In this document: piece after piece, positions 12,751-25,500 of the stretch | Layout of the letters: each line of letters starts with the position of its first letter | Position numbering within the stretch: the stretch's first letter is position 1 | Assembly (NCBI GenBank): GCA_905178155.1 | Contig: CAJINV010000004.1 | Span: forward strand, 9,270,765-9,299,110 | Direction of reading: 5' to 3' | DNA from: Amoebophrya sp. A120 | Taxonomy: Eukaryota; Protista; Dinoflagellata | DNA: 28,346 nt | Made by a program: the position numbers and the translations under genes | The notes under the pieces: generated by a model | Seen by the model: the letters and a program-made list of their open reading frames with translations, nothing else | Told to the model about the DNA's origin: nothing | Databases searched by the model: none

Positions 12751-14222
12751 TCCAGAAGTAGGATGGTGTTGTAGTAGGAAGTTGTGTAGTGCGGGACCGG
12801 GCTGCACTGCATATCTTCATTATCATTTCACGATCTAGCTCTCGTTTCATTATTTTTTTTTCCAATACGACTATTTAGCTCTATTTTGCGCAACTGCATT
12901 TATTTCAATGGATATTACAACTCAAAAGTCGGGCGATGAACAAAGGCGACCCGTTTATTTCAAATTTCTTATTTTCATCGTTTTTCATACGTTAGTTTTT
13001 CTGTTTCTCTCTTTGTTTTCATAACATAACCGTCAACATTCAAGTACGTTAGAAATGTGTTTCATTCAAATAGACATTGTATCATCGGTTTTTTTTACTT
13101 TTCTCATTTTTTAGCAAGACACACTCGTCACATTGACACTCATATTAATTTCGCACTCCCAAAAATAAAGGTAAAAGAGCTTGTTCTTCAGGCGTAATAT
13201 TACATTTCCCTATTCAACGAACCGCCACCTGGTTCTCATTTCCCTAACAGATAGAAAATCCCAATCACAAAAGAACCTCTCCACATCTGTACCCCAGATC
13301 TGCGGAGGATTTTCTTTCCCCCGCATGAGAACTTTTCCTGCTGTCGAACGCACGGTTCATCAAGCAACTTCCCCTTTGTGCTAGTTCACGTCGTATTTTT
13401 ACCTACAACTAAAATTCCCCGTCAACGCGGTAGCGTTGTTTCCTCGCTTAGCGTGGAGCACGGAGCTGGGGCCCGCTGCGTCCTCAGCTTATTGTGTTCA
13501 TCATGTCGTCGCGCCCACGAGGAGTCTTCTTGTCTTCAAATAGCGCACCGACTAGGGCGCGACCAGGTATTAAAGAAAAAACAAAAAGACAGTAGACTTC
13601 GGAAGAATGAGCAAGGTGTAGATGAAATTGAGATCAGAATCACAAATAATGATCGAAGATCCACCTCTCTCGCACGACCTCGTGAAGATGGAAATGACAT
13701 GCAAAAAATTCCATGATCTGAAATGCATGAGGTAGATCCAAAAACTACACCGACGCGCGTGGTCGTTGCCTTCCGGCTCGCTTTGTCTCTCAATATTTTG
13801 CGCGTCAAATTTTCTGTTTCACAGATGACCCACTTCGTGGTCTTTGTCATCAGTTATACCTTCACGACGACCTTTTGTTACAGTACTTTCGAGTTGTAGT
13901 TTTGATTTATTAAGGGACGCATTTCTTGTATCTATGATCGTGATTTTTTGGAAATCCTAATCCAATCTAGCCCTAAGTAGAACATTACGAGGTTCTAACA
14001 GTTCCTGCACCTACTGTATACACAACTTAGTGAGTTGTGCGACGTTATCTTCTTCTTCTGTGACTGTTTTTAATATATTCTAGTATTCGATTTAAATAGA
14101 CCAAGACCATTCGTTCGATCTCAAGGTCGTTTTGAGCGGAAGCAAAAAATCGTTGTCCATCTTGAACTATTGCTCACCGGACTTGTCGTGTGTTGGTCGT
14201 ACTGCCCGACAGGAGCACCATA

Positions 14223-17200
14223 ATGTCGACAAAAGCCAAGATTTTTACCCGGACGAGGTCCTTCGATCTCAACACGACCTTGGGGACGAGGAAAAAACCA
14301 CTTTCGGTCCTGCTAATGCCCGCCCTGAAGATGTGGGCACTTCTTTCCTGCCTGGTCGGGACGATGGGACCATCTTCGACGTCATTTATGAATTTTTGCG
14401 TAGTTGCAGCACCATACACATACACGACTTCCTCGTCTCAATTTGTTCAGGGAGGTCCAGCCTCCATCACAATCCTGAATGCTCTGAGCGGAAACAAAAT
14501 CACACACCTTTGCGAATTCGAGTTGAGAAGTTGGCTCCTGCAGGGGAAAACGGTTGGGGACTTGCGGGAGCTCGTTTTGCAATCCGACAAGGAGCGCTGG
14601 GGAAGTAGGAGAAGTCGCGTGTCGCTGGTCGTCGACAACAAAAGGAATGAAGAACGTTACCAGCAGCCCGATGTTGCTTCCTCGTCACATATGACATTTC
14701 TCACCGACGATCGTCTTAAACTTGAGGACCTGGGGCTTTGGCTACAGGCCCACCTTGACACGGAACTGGAACGAGTACAACGGCAAGGGGGGGCTGGTCC
14801 ACGAGCTCGTACGGCTGCGCCGATCACGCCCGCCCTAGTGGCTCCTTACTTTCCACCGCGGCCCTCGTCATCCACGATCTTCCGGTCACCAATGCCCACC
14901 TTGTCGTCCATGAGAATGCAAGAACCCTCGAGCTGCTCAGCAGGAAGTCTTTTTTATCAAGAAGAACCTTCCAGCTGGGCCCCCTCAGCTGCACAGCAGC
15001 ACATTGTGATTCTCGCTGGCTACCAAAAGGGCTCGGTCCCACTGCTTCTGCCCTCCAGGACGATCCCTGGTGGTGGTATGTCCAGCAGAACAAGGGCAAG
15101 TTCCTACGTGGAGGAAGTGCAAACCGGTTGGCGGGTCTTCACCCGGCCACAGTTCCTGGTGCTGAAGCTGGTCGGCGCGTACGCGAACTTGCGGGTCGGG
15201 GTGGAGAACCTGTGGAAGACGAAGGACCACGCGGCCGACCTCTCGTTCGCCCTGGCGCTTGTGCAGAAAGCGGCGGAGCTTGGGGTAGTAGATGTGTCAA
15301 GAACAGGAGCATCTAGGCCATTTAATATCTCGAGGATCCCCACTTCGTCGAGTACAACAGCGGAGGAAAAAATATCACCGTTGAAGGCCGACATGATCAA
15401 GTGCAATGGGGAGCGAAGACGCTGGCGTGAGGAAGTGAGGCGGAAGCTGCAAGGGTTTCTTTCGTACGTTGAACGAGAGTCTGCTCATCTCGAGAGCCAT
15501 CGTTCTGCTTCGCCCGCGCGGCCCCAAACAACGTATGATAATGATTGTGATGTCCGCGGTACTTCTACAGGCCCCCACTTGGCGGGAAGCGAAAGTGCAA
15601 GTGGCGAACATCAAGCGCGTTCTGCCTTAGACGTCGACCACGGAAGTAGCACTACCCGGCGCTCAAGAAGAAGACAGAGAAACAGAAAGCAAAACGCACC
15701 TAAAAATGGTACTGAAGCTGCACTGGAGATGAATAAACGAGACGAAGAGCTGGCTCAGTTGCACGCTCAGGTGCGGCAAGCCCTGAGCAGGGCTGCCAAG
15801 AAGAGTATGCTTTTCAAGGACGAAGAGTACCATCGCCAGTTCCGCGGTTGTACTAACGAAAGTGTTAAAAATGTTTCGCGTTTGTGGCAGGAGTTCACCA
15901 AGCTGATAAACGACTTGCGGGTGCAAAGTGGTAAAAATTGGATCGGCGTGGACCCGCAGACGGAACGGCCGGCGGAAAGCGGATCTGAGGACCGGTCAAC
16001 AGTTTTGCAGCCCTACTACGAGGGACTGCTCAATGGCGAAATGAAAGAGCAAACTACGCTTTTGGACCAAATAAAGACAGAGTTTACGGACGCAAGTTAT
16101 GCGACGTTTGTTGATGAACTTTTGCACGGCACGGAAAAAGACCTGGAATATTTTTACCACGGTCGTGAGCAGTCGTCTTCTTTTTACAGCAAGAACTCCG
16201 CGTTGTCCGCACGAGTAGTAGAAAATGAGGATCTACAGCACGAGCGGGCGAGGAGATCTTCTTCAGACCTTTCTCATGACGGAGATGAAAGCTCCTGCCG
16301 AGGGGCGGCCATAAAGATGATCCCTCCGACCGCCGCGTCGAGTAGTACTAGTACAGCAGCTCTGGTGGGACGACGGACAATACCTACTGCTTCAGGTTCC
16401 CCTCCAGGTCGTGGGTTTTTTTTTACGAAAGAAGCGGTGATTCGCGACGGGTTGCGATTTCTCCTGAAATCTGCCGCCGCGACGAAGAAAATGCGCAGCA
16501 AGCTGAAAAAGTTGTGTGACGAACTCTTTCTCCGGGTAATCCGTCCGACCGTCAGGCGGTGGCTGCCGGGCTTGGAATTGGAGACGCTGCCGCAGGACCT
16601 GAAGCCCATCCCAGACCTCCTGGACCGCCCCCGGAAGTTGTATGCGCGAAGCGGAAACGTACCCAACCTACAACGTCTTCCGTGGCAACTTCAGGAAGCA
16701 CTTCTTGCAGGTGGTCCTGCTCAACCCTTGACGGACGAGCAGCGGCTGCAGCTGCTGCGTGGGATGTTGACGGTGGACCCGCCGCTGAAATATGCCGCAA
16801 ATCACCCGGTGGCAGAGGCCTGGGCTCGCGAGGGCAAAGACGTCAAAGAGTTTTTCGAGATGGATCTCTCCGATAATTTCGAACTGGTCGACCTGAAAGC
16901 GGATTATCAGAGGGACTATTTCTGGGTCATAACAGCTAGATACGGAAAAAATGGTGAAAATATTATTGGCACACCATCAAACGGACGACAATCAAAAGCT
17001 TCTGGCCCGGATGGGCGAGATGAACGAGAAATACGTCATTCGAAGATATTTGAGTTCGAGTACCGATATAAAGCGGGCGTGGGCACGGAGGCAAAATTAG
17101 ATATGTTGAATATCAAACCATATGACAGAAGCAATAGGGCGCTCAGACTCGAAGAGCTTCGGGTCAAGAAGCTCCTTCTGGTGCGGATTATGCGGAACAA

Positions 17201-17684
17201 CTCTAGCAGCAGCGCCACCGTCTTCACAGATGTATCGACAGTAAATTTCCCGTACACGTACAAATGCCGTCTCCGCATGACAAAACTTGGCTTCGATCCT
17301 AGTTTAGCATGACAAGTTTTACGCTCCAAATTGGTGAAATTTGTGTTGCATCTTGTACATGTACGGGAAATTTGTATTGCATAAGATGAAGCAGAAGAGT
17401 ACGAGGAATATGAGCCTGCTGCTCTTTGGACCTGGTCCCGAAGTTTTTCTTTAGGAAACGAGCTGGAGCTGCGGCAAAGCAGCAACGAGCTGCCGGGAGG
17501 GATCACGTTCAAAAAGCTTAAACTCGTAGCCACGGCGGACGTCACCGACGAACCGGGGAAGGTCTCCCCAATGCCCCACAAGGTCATCGACCCGGAGCTT
17601 TACGCGACAGCAGACGACGCGGCTGAGGCGGCGGAAAAAGCCTTAGCGTCAGGCCTCCTGCTGCCGCAATCGCTCCTTTATTAA
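14223..17684 (+). CDS. Hypothetical protein, ~1100 aa, 2 exons; possible N-terminal hydrophobic segment and ubiquitin-like domain
   Basis: 3-kb open frame (ORF 14190-17312; first ATG 14223, alternative ATG 14316). Removing the TIR element 17233-17383 plus one repeat extends the frame (VFTDEAEEYEEYEPAALWTW...LPQSLLY*) to TAA at 17682-17684. Join 14223-17232,17389-17684. No family recognised. Confidence 0.7.
17233..17383. mobile_element. Introner, TIR family D, 151 bp
   Basis: Left TATCGACAGTAAATTTCCCGTACACGTACAA; right rc TATGCAATACAAATTTCCCGTACATGTACAA. Direct repeat AGATG at 17228-17232 and 17384-17388. Contains the stop codon that truncates the ORF (17310-17312). Confidence 0.88.
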
Positions 17685-19527
17685 GCTGGAATGGGTGTGA
17701 AGTTGTCTCGCGAACTCTTTCTTGAGTGGACACTGCATTGATTTAATACTTAAATGAAACGGCTCCACGCCCACCTCCTCCGTATGAAGTGCATTGATGT
17801 CGACTCAGACCAACGACGAAGGTCAACGCCCCGTCATCCATACTTAGAAAGTAGAATTGCATGATGCATCAAAGTAGCAAAGATTGGTGTGCCTCTAGCG
17901 GCCTCAAAGTCATCGAGTGAACAGCAACGAATGAACATGAAGAGTGAAGAACAAATTAGCATGTTAATTGAAATTTTAGATTTTATGACGTGGTTTGTTA
18001 GTACATGTACAAGCAACAAAGGTTCGCCTCTATAGAGATGGGTGTAACAAATGTGATAAACTTAAACTTTGCAGCAGCCCAGTTGCTGCACGACGGCGTT
18101 TAATATTTTGCGGCTTAGCCTTCGAAGACGAAAGAACATAGACTTGTTGTTATTTTCATTCATATACCCATTTTTTGTTTTTCCCTTTCCCTGCAAAAGA
18201 GGGTGGTTCGAACTGATAGACGTGCAGTTTTGTAGCAAGTTAGTAGTCTTGGACCACTTTACTTCGAAAAAAAACCAAAATGCAACTGCAGGGGCAGAAG
18301 CAAACCAATTTTTCGGAAATTTCCTGACCACGGAAATGAAATTTATGCTAAGTAGGCTAGTTTTCATTTTTTGGACTCTTGGCGTTGGATCGAACTCGAA
18401 GCATTACTTTTTCTTTTCTTTGCTGGCCATACTCTTCCTGGTACTGGTTTAAGTACCCCATGCAAGAAGAGGAGCCGACCAAGTAGGGCACAATCATATA
18501 GTTTGTGAAAGAAGAAGAACGAAACGAACCCACGACCACCAGACAACACAAGGTAGAAGCATGAAAGCCAACACATCTTAAAGTGCCCCCTTCTACTGGC
18601 CTTCAACCAGAGAAACATATTTTCGTTCATTCACTTTCTGCTCTTTCAGTATGAATTTCGGTTCACTCTTCAACACAGTCTCGTCTCCTATATCCGCGAC
18701 GAGCCACCTCAGCCTATGGCTCCGTCTCCGATCGGTTCGTTACAAGGAAAGTCGTAGCGTCCTCGTCGTCCTCGTAATAATGTGGCCTTCGTCGTCGTGA
18801 TCATGTGTCGCCGCTCATTTATAAATGTGTAGTTTTTGTTCACGTTTACGATGCATCGTCTGTTATTTCGTTCGCTTGTTGTACAGAACACCTTGGTTGT
18901 TCATCTGCGTGCTCGTGCTGTCTTGGTCTTTCTCGTCGTGTATGCTTTACATACTACCTGGACCGAGGACCACCTCGCGACACCTACGTCCCCGCTTCTT
19001 TCTCGTGCTATCGTGGCATCGCTATCTTCACATCGCTATCAAATCTGAACGACCTTATGCATTTGTTTTCACCTGTTTGAACTGTTTCGTGTTCGTCTCG
19101 TCCTTCTCCTTTCCTTTCCATTTTTTCGTTTAGCTCGTTGTACTCATTGTTATTACCTCTCAATTTCGGCACTCACCTTTTTGCATGTCATGAAGCGTTT
19201 TTTTTTTTTCATGCCACCAGGTGATATAGTAGTAGTACCCTGTTCCTGTTGTTCACATTATAGCGTTTTTTATAACCCCACTCCCTTGCCCGATGCCGCC
19301 CCCCTTGTGCATTTGCAAGTTTGATGTTTCTGTAGTTTCCTACACTCTTATGTAGTGCTGGTCACACATCATCTCTCGATTCCTGTAAAGAACTGATGTA
19401 CGACTGTAAGCGATTTATTTGTTGGCAAGAATAACACCCCCCCCTGCACCAGTTACATTTTTGGTTCTGTGAAAATGCCAACTTTCGCAAGATCAACAAG
19501 AAGGTAGACACGATCACAAACCTCAAG

Positions 19528-22500
19528 ATGTTGCAGAAGAAGACTAACAGCACCGCATTCCTGTCGCTGAAGAGCAATGCTACGGCTACCTCCACCGACC
19601 CAGAACGTCGCGGCACGACGACCGTGCCAAGCAGTGTTAGCTCCGGCCTGTCCTCGGTCGGCTCGCGGTTTTCCATAGCCAGCAACAAGACCGAAGGAGG
19701 ACATCAAGCGGGCTCTTCTGGGCGAACGTCTTCTGATACAACGGCTGGCGCAGCTGTTGTAGGTGTACAACAGCATCACCATCATCATAGGGACAAGTCC
19801 AATGCTGCCTTGCAGAAGCAGCTTGAGCACTGCCTGCAAATCTTCGAGTCGGTGGAGGAGCAGAAAGCGACGACCCAGTCCGCGCTGAGCGCCAAAATGC
19901 TGCACGCTTTGATGCTCTCGGAGGAGCAGCACGAGCGCGAACGGCGGGCGGGAAAGCACCCGGCATTCGGGTCTCTGCAGAGTAAGGAGCCGGTAGTGCC
20001 ACCACCTGGAGGAGGTGCAGCTCCATCTTCCGGAAGAAGCTCGCCGAGGGGGGGAGTTGTAGTACCTACTACTGGAGTTGTTGTGGGCGCCGGTGGAGAT
20101 CAGAGCGCGGCAACCGCGACAAGTAGCGACCCCGACTTGCCGACAGGTCGTGGTCCCAGACCGAGACCGTCTGCCGCCGAAAACGCAGCGGGATTCGCTT
20201 CCTTTTCTCCGCAGCTCGTCACGGTCCCGGGTTCTCTCGACCCGCACACAGCAGACGAAGACCAACAGCACCGCAACAAGAACAAGGGGGACGAAATTAC
20301 AGGTAGTAAAACATCTTCAGCTACAGGAAGTAGAAATATTACCAGTAGTCCCTCCGCAACTACTACCTCCTCCTCCTATCAGAAGCCTTTAGTATCTGTA
20401 TCCCCACAAGCTGTAAGTAGTAAATCCTCGCCTGCCACCTCGGGCACGACAACCAGCAGTCCCCGGCCCAGCAAAGGAGCCATGACAGCTGCCCGGAGTG
20501 GGTCGTTCCAACAGCAGCGAAGCAAGAAGCAAAGCCTGCGCCATGCGACGTCCTGGTACAACCAGTCACTGTTGCTGAAAAAGGACCACTTTGTCAAGCA
20601 GTGGGAGGAAACTTTTCCGGACTGCCCGAAAATCACCCATCCGCAGCAACAGCCCGGCATGGGTGAGCATTGGTCATTTGTGACGGTCCGGGAGTTGATC
20701 AACCACTTCCAGAAACTCCCGGAGCAACCCTTGCACCCGTATTTTGTCATGCGGCTGCTGTCCGACGCGGAAAGGCTGATGACGAAGAAGCACAACAACG
20801 CGGTCTTCCAGCTCACAGACAAAAGTTTATACTTCTCAGGAAGCGGTACAACTAGAGGTAGTGAAAAGAAAAAGTCAGGGAATAAAGTGGAAACAACAGC
20901 AGGAGCTGCTGCAACTTCTGCAGCAGTTGCACTTGCAGCGGAAGTAAATACTAAAGACATAAAGCAAGAACCTTCCAAGTCCTCCGCCCCGACTTCGCGC
21001 CTGATCATCGTCGGCGACACGCACGGGCAATTGGAGGATGTGTTGTGGATTTTCTACAAAAATGGGCTTCCCTCGGCGGAAAATCAGTACCTTTTTAACG
21101 GGGACATCGCCGACCGCGGGTTTTACTCAATCGAGATTTTTCTGTTGGTGTTTTCGTTGATGCTCATCTTCCCCAACCACGTGCACATCAACCGGGGCAA
21201 CCACGAGGACGCGAACATGAACATGGACCCGCACAGCGGGGGCTTCTACGGGGAGTTGATCGCGAAATACGGGACGCAGCTCGGGCAGTCGATCTACCAC
21301 CAAATGCTACGGAACTACGCGGTGATGCCGCTGGCGACGTTGTTGAAAGAGTCGAAAATTTTCATCGTCCACGGGGGTTTGTCGCGGGTGACGGATAATT
21401 TCCTACAGACCCTCTTAACCTTGGACCGGCAAACCCGGTGCTGCTACGCGATCCCGGATACGCCGAGTCACAGCAATCCGGAAACTTGCTTTTTAGATGC
21501 GATGTGGGCGGACCCGGCGCCGGACGAGGGGGACCGGTCCATCGGAATCTCGCCGTCGAGTCGGGGGCCGCAGCTGATTCAGTTTGGAAAGGATGTGACG
21601 AAAAAGTTTTTGAAGCAATCCGACTGCAAACTCGTGATCCGTTCGCACCAACTGCCCGACAACAACGATGGTGTGCAATTTCACCACGATAGGAGGCTGA
21701 TCACCGTCTTTTCGGCTTCGAATTATTGTGGGATCCACGGGAACCAGGGCGCCATCTTGGTTCTGACCAGGCACGAGGAAGGGGGCCCGCATTTGGAAGT
21801 CGAGCGGCATTTTTCTCCGAGTTTTGAGCAATTGAAAGAGGTGGATTTCTTCGCCAGTTATGGAGAAACATATGGAAATGCCATGGGAGCAGGAGCCGCA
21901 GCTAGTGCTCGTGATTCAAAAAGAGCAGGAATTACGAAAAGCTTGGTTCCGCAGGGGACCATTGGACGAATTGCGGTGGAGGACCGAGGAGCAGGAAGGG
22001 CGGACACATCTGAAGAACTACAGGTAGTTGACGAGGAGGAGGGGGACCAAAATAAAAATACCAAAAAATCTCCTGCTGCGGCATCGGCTTCTGCTCCGGA
22101 AAAATTGCTATCCTCTTCCCCGCGCACCTCCGCTCTGGAAATGGAAAAGAAGGCGATGGCCAAACTGCGTAGCGGCGCTCTAGGTCGCCTCCGGAAGAAA
22201 AAGCTCACCTACGAGGTGAAAACCCGGTTTTCCAGGATCCTGGTGGAAAACAAGCAAGCGCTCTGGAAATACTGGCTCGCGATCGAGCATCAAGGGCAGC
22301 AACAGCAGCAGCAGCATGGAGGACCACGACGAACTTCCACCAGTGACTTGTCTGACCGTTCGAGTGACAGTATCCGGAACTCAAGTAGGCCCAGAAAATC
22401 TAACACACCCGACGGAATGATCACGCAGCAGAGTTGGTCCGACGGAATCGTCTCGATCGCCGGTGCGCCGGATATGAAGGAGCTGCCCTGGGGAAAGCTG

Positions 22501-25500
22501 GTCTCGGAAGTGCTGGGGATCGAGGACGAGCATTCGCATCTGATCGACTACTATTTCACGTTGCACAGATTCCGGGTGGTAATTAAAGAGGAACTAGAAG
22601 CGGAGCACGGCAGACGGATCCAGGGTCGGAACAACAGGGGGAATAAAAGAAGTGTGGTCTTTGCAGAAGGAGAGGCTGGCGCAGCAACATCTTCAGAGCA
22701 GTACAAGAAGATGTTGAACACAAAATCTTCGAAGTCCTTCGACCCTCGCGGCACCATAGAGCTCATGGAGGTTGATAGTCTTATTTCTGGGTCTGATCCG
22801 GTGGGTCCTGCTGCTGGTGACAGCACGCAGCTATTAACGAATCGTCGAGCAATCATAGCTCAATCCACGACCTCCACAGGCGGAACTACACCAGCGCGCC
22901 AGCTTCCCGCTGCTGAAGGCGAACTTCCAGCTCTATCTCGGGGCGTTTCGGAAGATGATACGGCAACCAACATAGAAATAATTCCTCCCAAGATGAACGT
23001 TCTCGACCCTACTGGCGCGGCGGGCGGGAACGTCGACCTGCGATCCAGGTTAAACGCTTTCGACACCATCCAGGACAAACGTGTTATGGCAACGAATGTC
23101 ACGTTAAAGAAGAGATCTACCGAGGACTTGGAGCGCAGCCGCAGGCTTAGCAGCGACGCGACAGCTATAATTTCCGGCACGGCTGCAGCGGTCGTGCTGA
23201 AGGACGTCGATAGTATTATTCAAAATGCCACAGACCACGCTCCTCCCGAGAACAACGATAATGAAACCAACTACAACATCGGGGCGCTTTCTCTAGAAGC
23301 TCTGGAAGAGAAAGCTGGAGCTGCAGTACTAGGTCGCAAAACTGTGCCACAGAACCCCGCGCACGACGAGGCACAAAAGAGACCGGTCTTTCAGCAAACC
23401 TCGTCCAATTGGATGGAGGGGATTCTGGCGAACATTTTTGAGAAGCTGTTGCGGACGGAGGTCCCCTGGATGGACTTGGTAGAACGGATGAACATCAAAA
23501 AAGAATCCAGCAATGCGTCTGCTGTTGGTGCTGGAAATAAAATTAAAGCGGAAGTGAACAATAAGACCGAAGATGGAAGCAGCGCAAAAAATAACCCCGA
23601 CGTTGAACAGCAAAACGAAAGCGAGACCCAAGCCGATAGACGCACCAAATTTGCCGAGCTGATGGAAGAGCCATTGGATGTGAAGGTTTTTGAAAAGATT
23701 CTGATGTCTTTTAACGACCTTTTCGCGGACTACAGTGAAGACAATTCGACTTCCACTACTTCTAGGAGGTCCAGATCGAGCGAATATCAACTGCAAAAGT
23801 GTCCTCTGGGTCTGGAAGATTGCCAGGTTTGTCATGCAGGTTTTCTATGGCTCATAACGTTTAGAATGCAGGAGCACCTAGCATGACAAAGTCTGTGAGA
23901 CCTCTATCATGTCCGTCCTTCATGAGAAATTCCCCCTCAGCTTGGTAAAAAAGGACGGCTGTTGGTAATCACGCAACACAGATTTTCTGCATGATGCAGA
24001 TTTAGGTTTAGCATTACAAGTTGTGACCTTCCAGACCTAGACATATTTGCATTTCATAGCGAGACGCTGCTGACGAAAGACCAGGCGGCGAGTTTGATCC
24101 GCACGTTGACAGGCTACGGGTCTTACAATGCAGCTCCGAGTAAAGTAGAGCAACAGCAAGAACAAGATGGCACTGGTACAACTAAAACTACGGCTCCTAA
24201 TAAAACCTCCGGCAATATCAAGAAGGGTAGTACCAAAGGAAAAGGCAAGCAACTACTGTCTCTCGCCGAATTCCTTTCCCGGTTGGACATTTGTTACATA
24301 TCCTGTGCAAAAGTATCGTACGCGTATAAATGCAAGTCTTGCATTACAAATATTTTTCTTTGAGGTAAATCAGCATGACAAATTTTATTTCTCATGCTGA
24401 GGAAATTTGTAATGCATTTATACGACTACGATACTTTTGCAATGCATATTACACGGGGTACAGCAATCGTGTGCGACAGAACCAAAGACTTAGGGAGCAA
24501 TCGGACGAGGGGAATACTATCAATGTCAACAATGTCAACGCGGCATTAATCCGGGCCAGTAGCAACGAGAGCAGCGAGGAGAGTGAGTCGACACCCGATA
24601 ATGTTTTTGCGAAGAAAAAGACCAGCACGACCGAGCGGACGTCGACCCAGTCCACACAATCTGTTGACCGCTTTGATTTCAACAAGTACGGCAGTACGAC
24701 GGTCGCGATCTGTTTGCGGATGATTGGCCGAGATATCGGGAATAAGACGTTTGAACTCTTCAAGAACGCGGACAAGGATCAATCCGGAATGCTGACCGAG
24801 AAGGAGTTTTTCGCGGTCACAGAACAGTTGTTACTCCCGCACGCGGAGTATCTGCAACAGTACTTTTTGTCGGATAAAAAATTTAACTCGTCCACCTCGC
24901 CGGGCAACAAGAACACCTTCGCCCCGATGCCGCGCACAACTACTTCAGATGGAACAACAGCAGGTATTGGTACAACCAATGCCGCAAATAAGATTCCGGA
25001 TTCCCTTCTCCGGGAAATTTTCAAGACGGTCGATTTTAACAAAACGGGAAAAATCAGCTATTTGGAGTTTCTCCATTGCTTCCAAGACCCAGACGGCGAC
25101 TTCGGGTTTGAAAAGGTGACAAACGAGAATGTTGACAGCAGTGTTACTAACACAGCCAATGTCAAGCACGACGAGTTCCGCATCGCCTTGATGGAGCAGA
25201 TTTGCGGGGTGCTCTACACGAACAAACAGGCGCTACTCCGTATGGATGTGTCAGGATCGAAATCGTCAAAGTTGAAATAGTTTGCCATGCATAATAAAAC
25301 CGATACCAGTCAGAAGCCCACGTATCAAGCGGCGCATGACAAATTTTGGCACCGTCTAAATCCAATTTGTCATGCTGTTTAGGGACAGAGGGCGTCCTTT
25401 GTCATGTTGCTTTAGCAGCTGTGTCGCAGACTCCAAACAGGCTGACAGTCGGCCTCACTTGCCATCCCTGCAAGAGAAGCACTTCATGCCTTGGAGTTTA

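Noticed and set aside
17700-19500. Short ORFs between genes (also at 6742-7605 and 13181-13850) and antisense ORFs over the genes
   Set aside because: They are low-complexity or shadow frames with no recognisable motifs; treated as UTR or intergenic.
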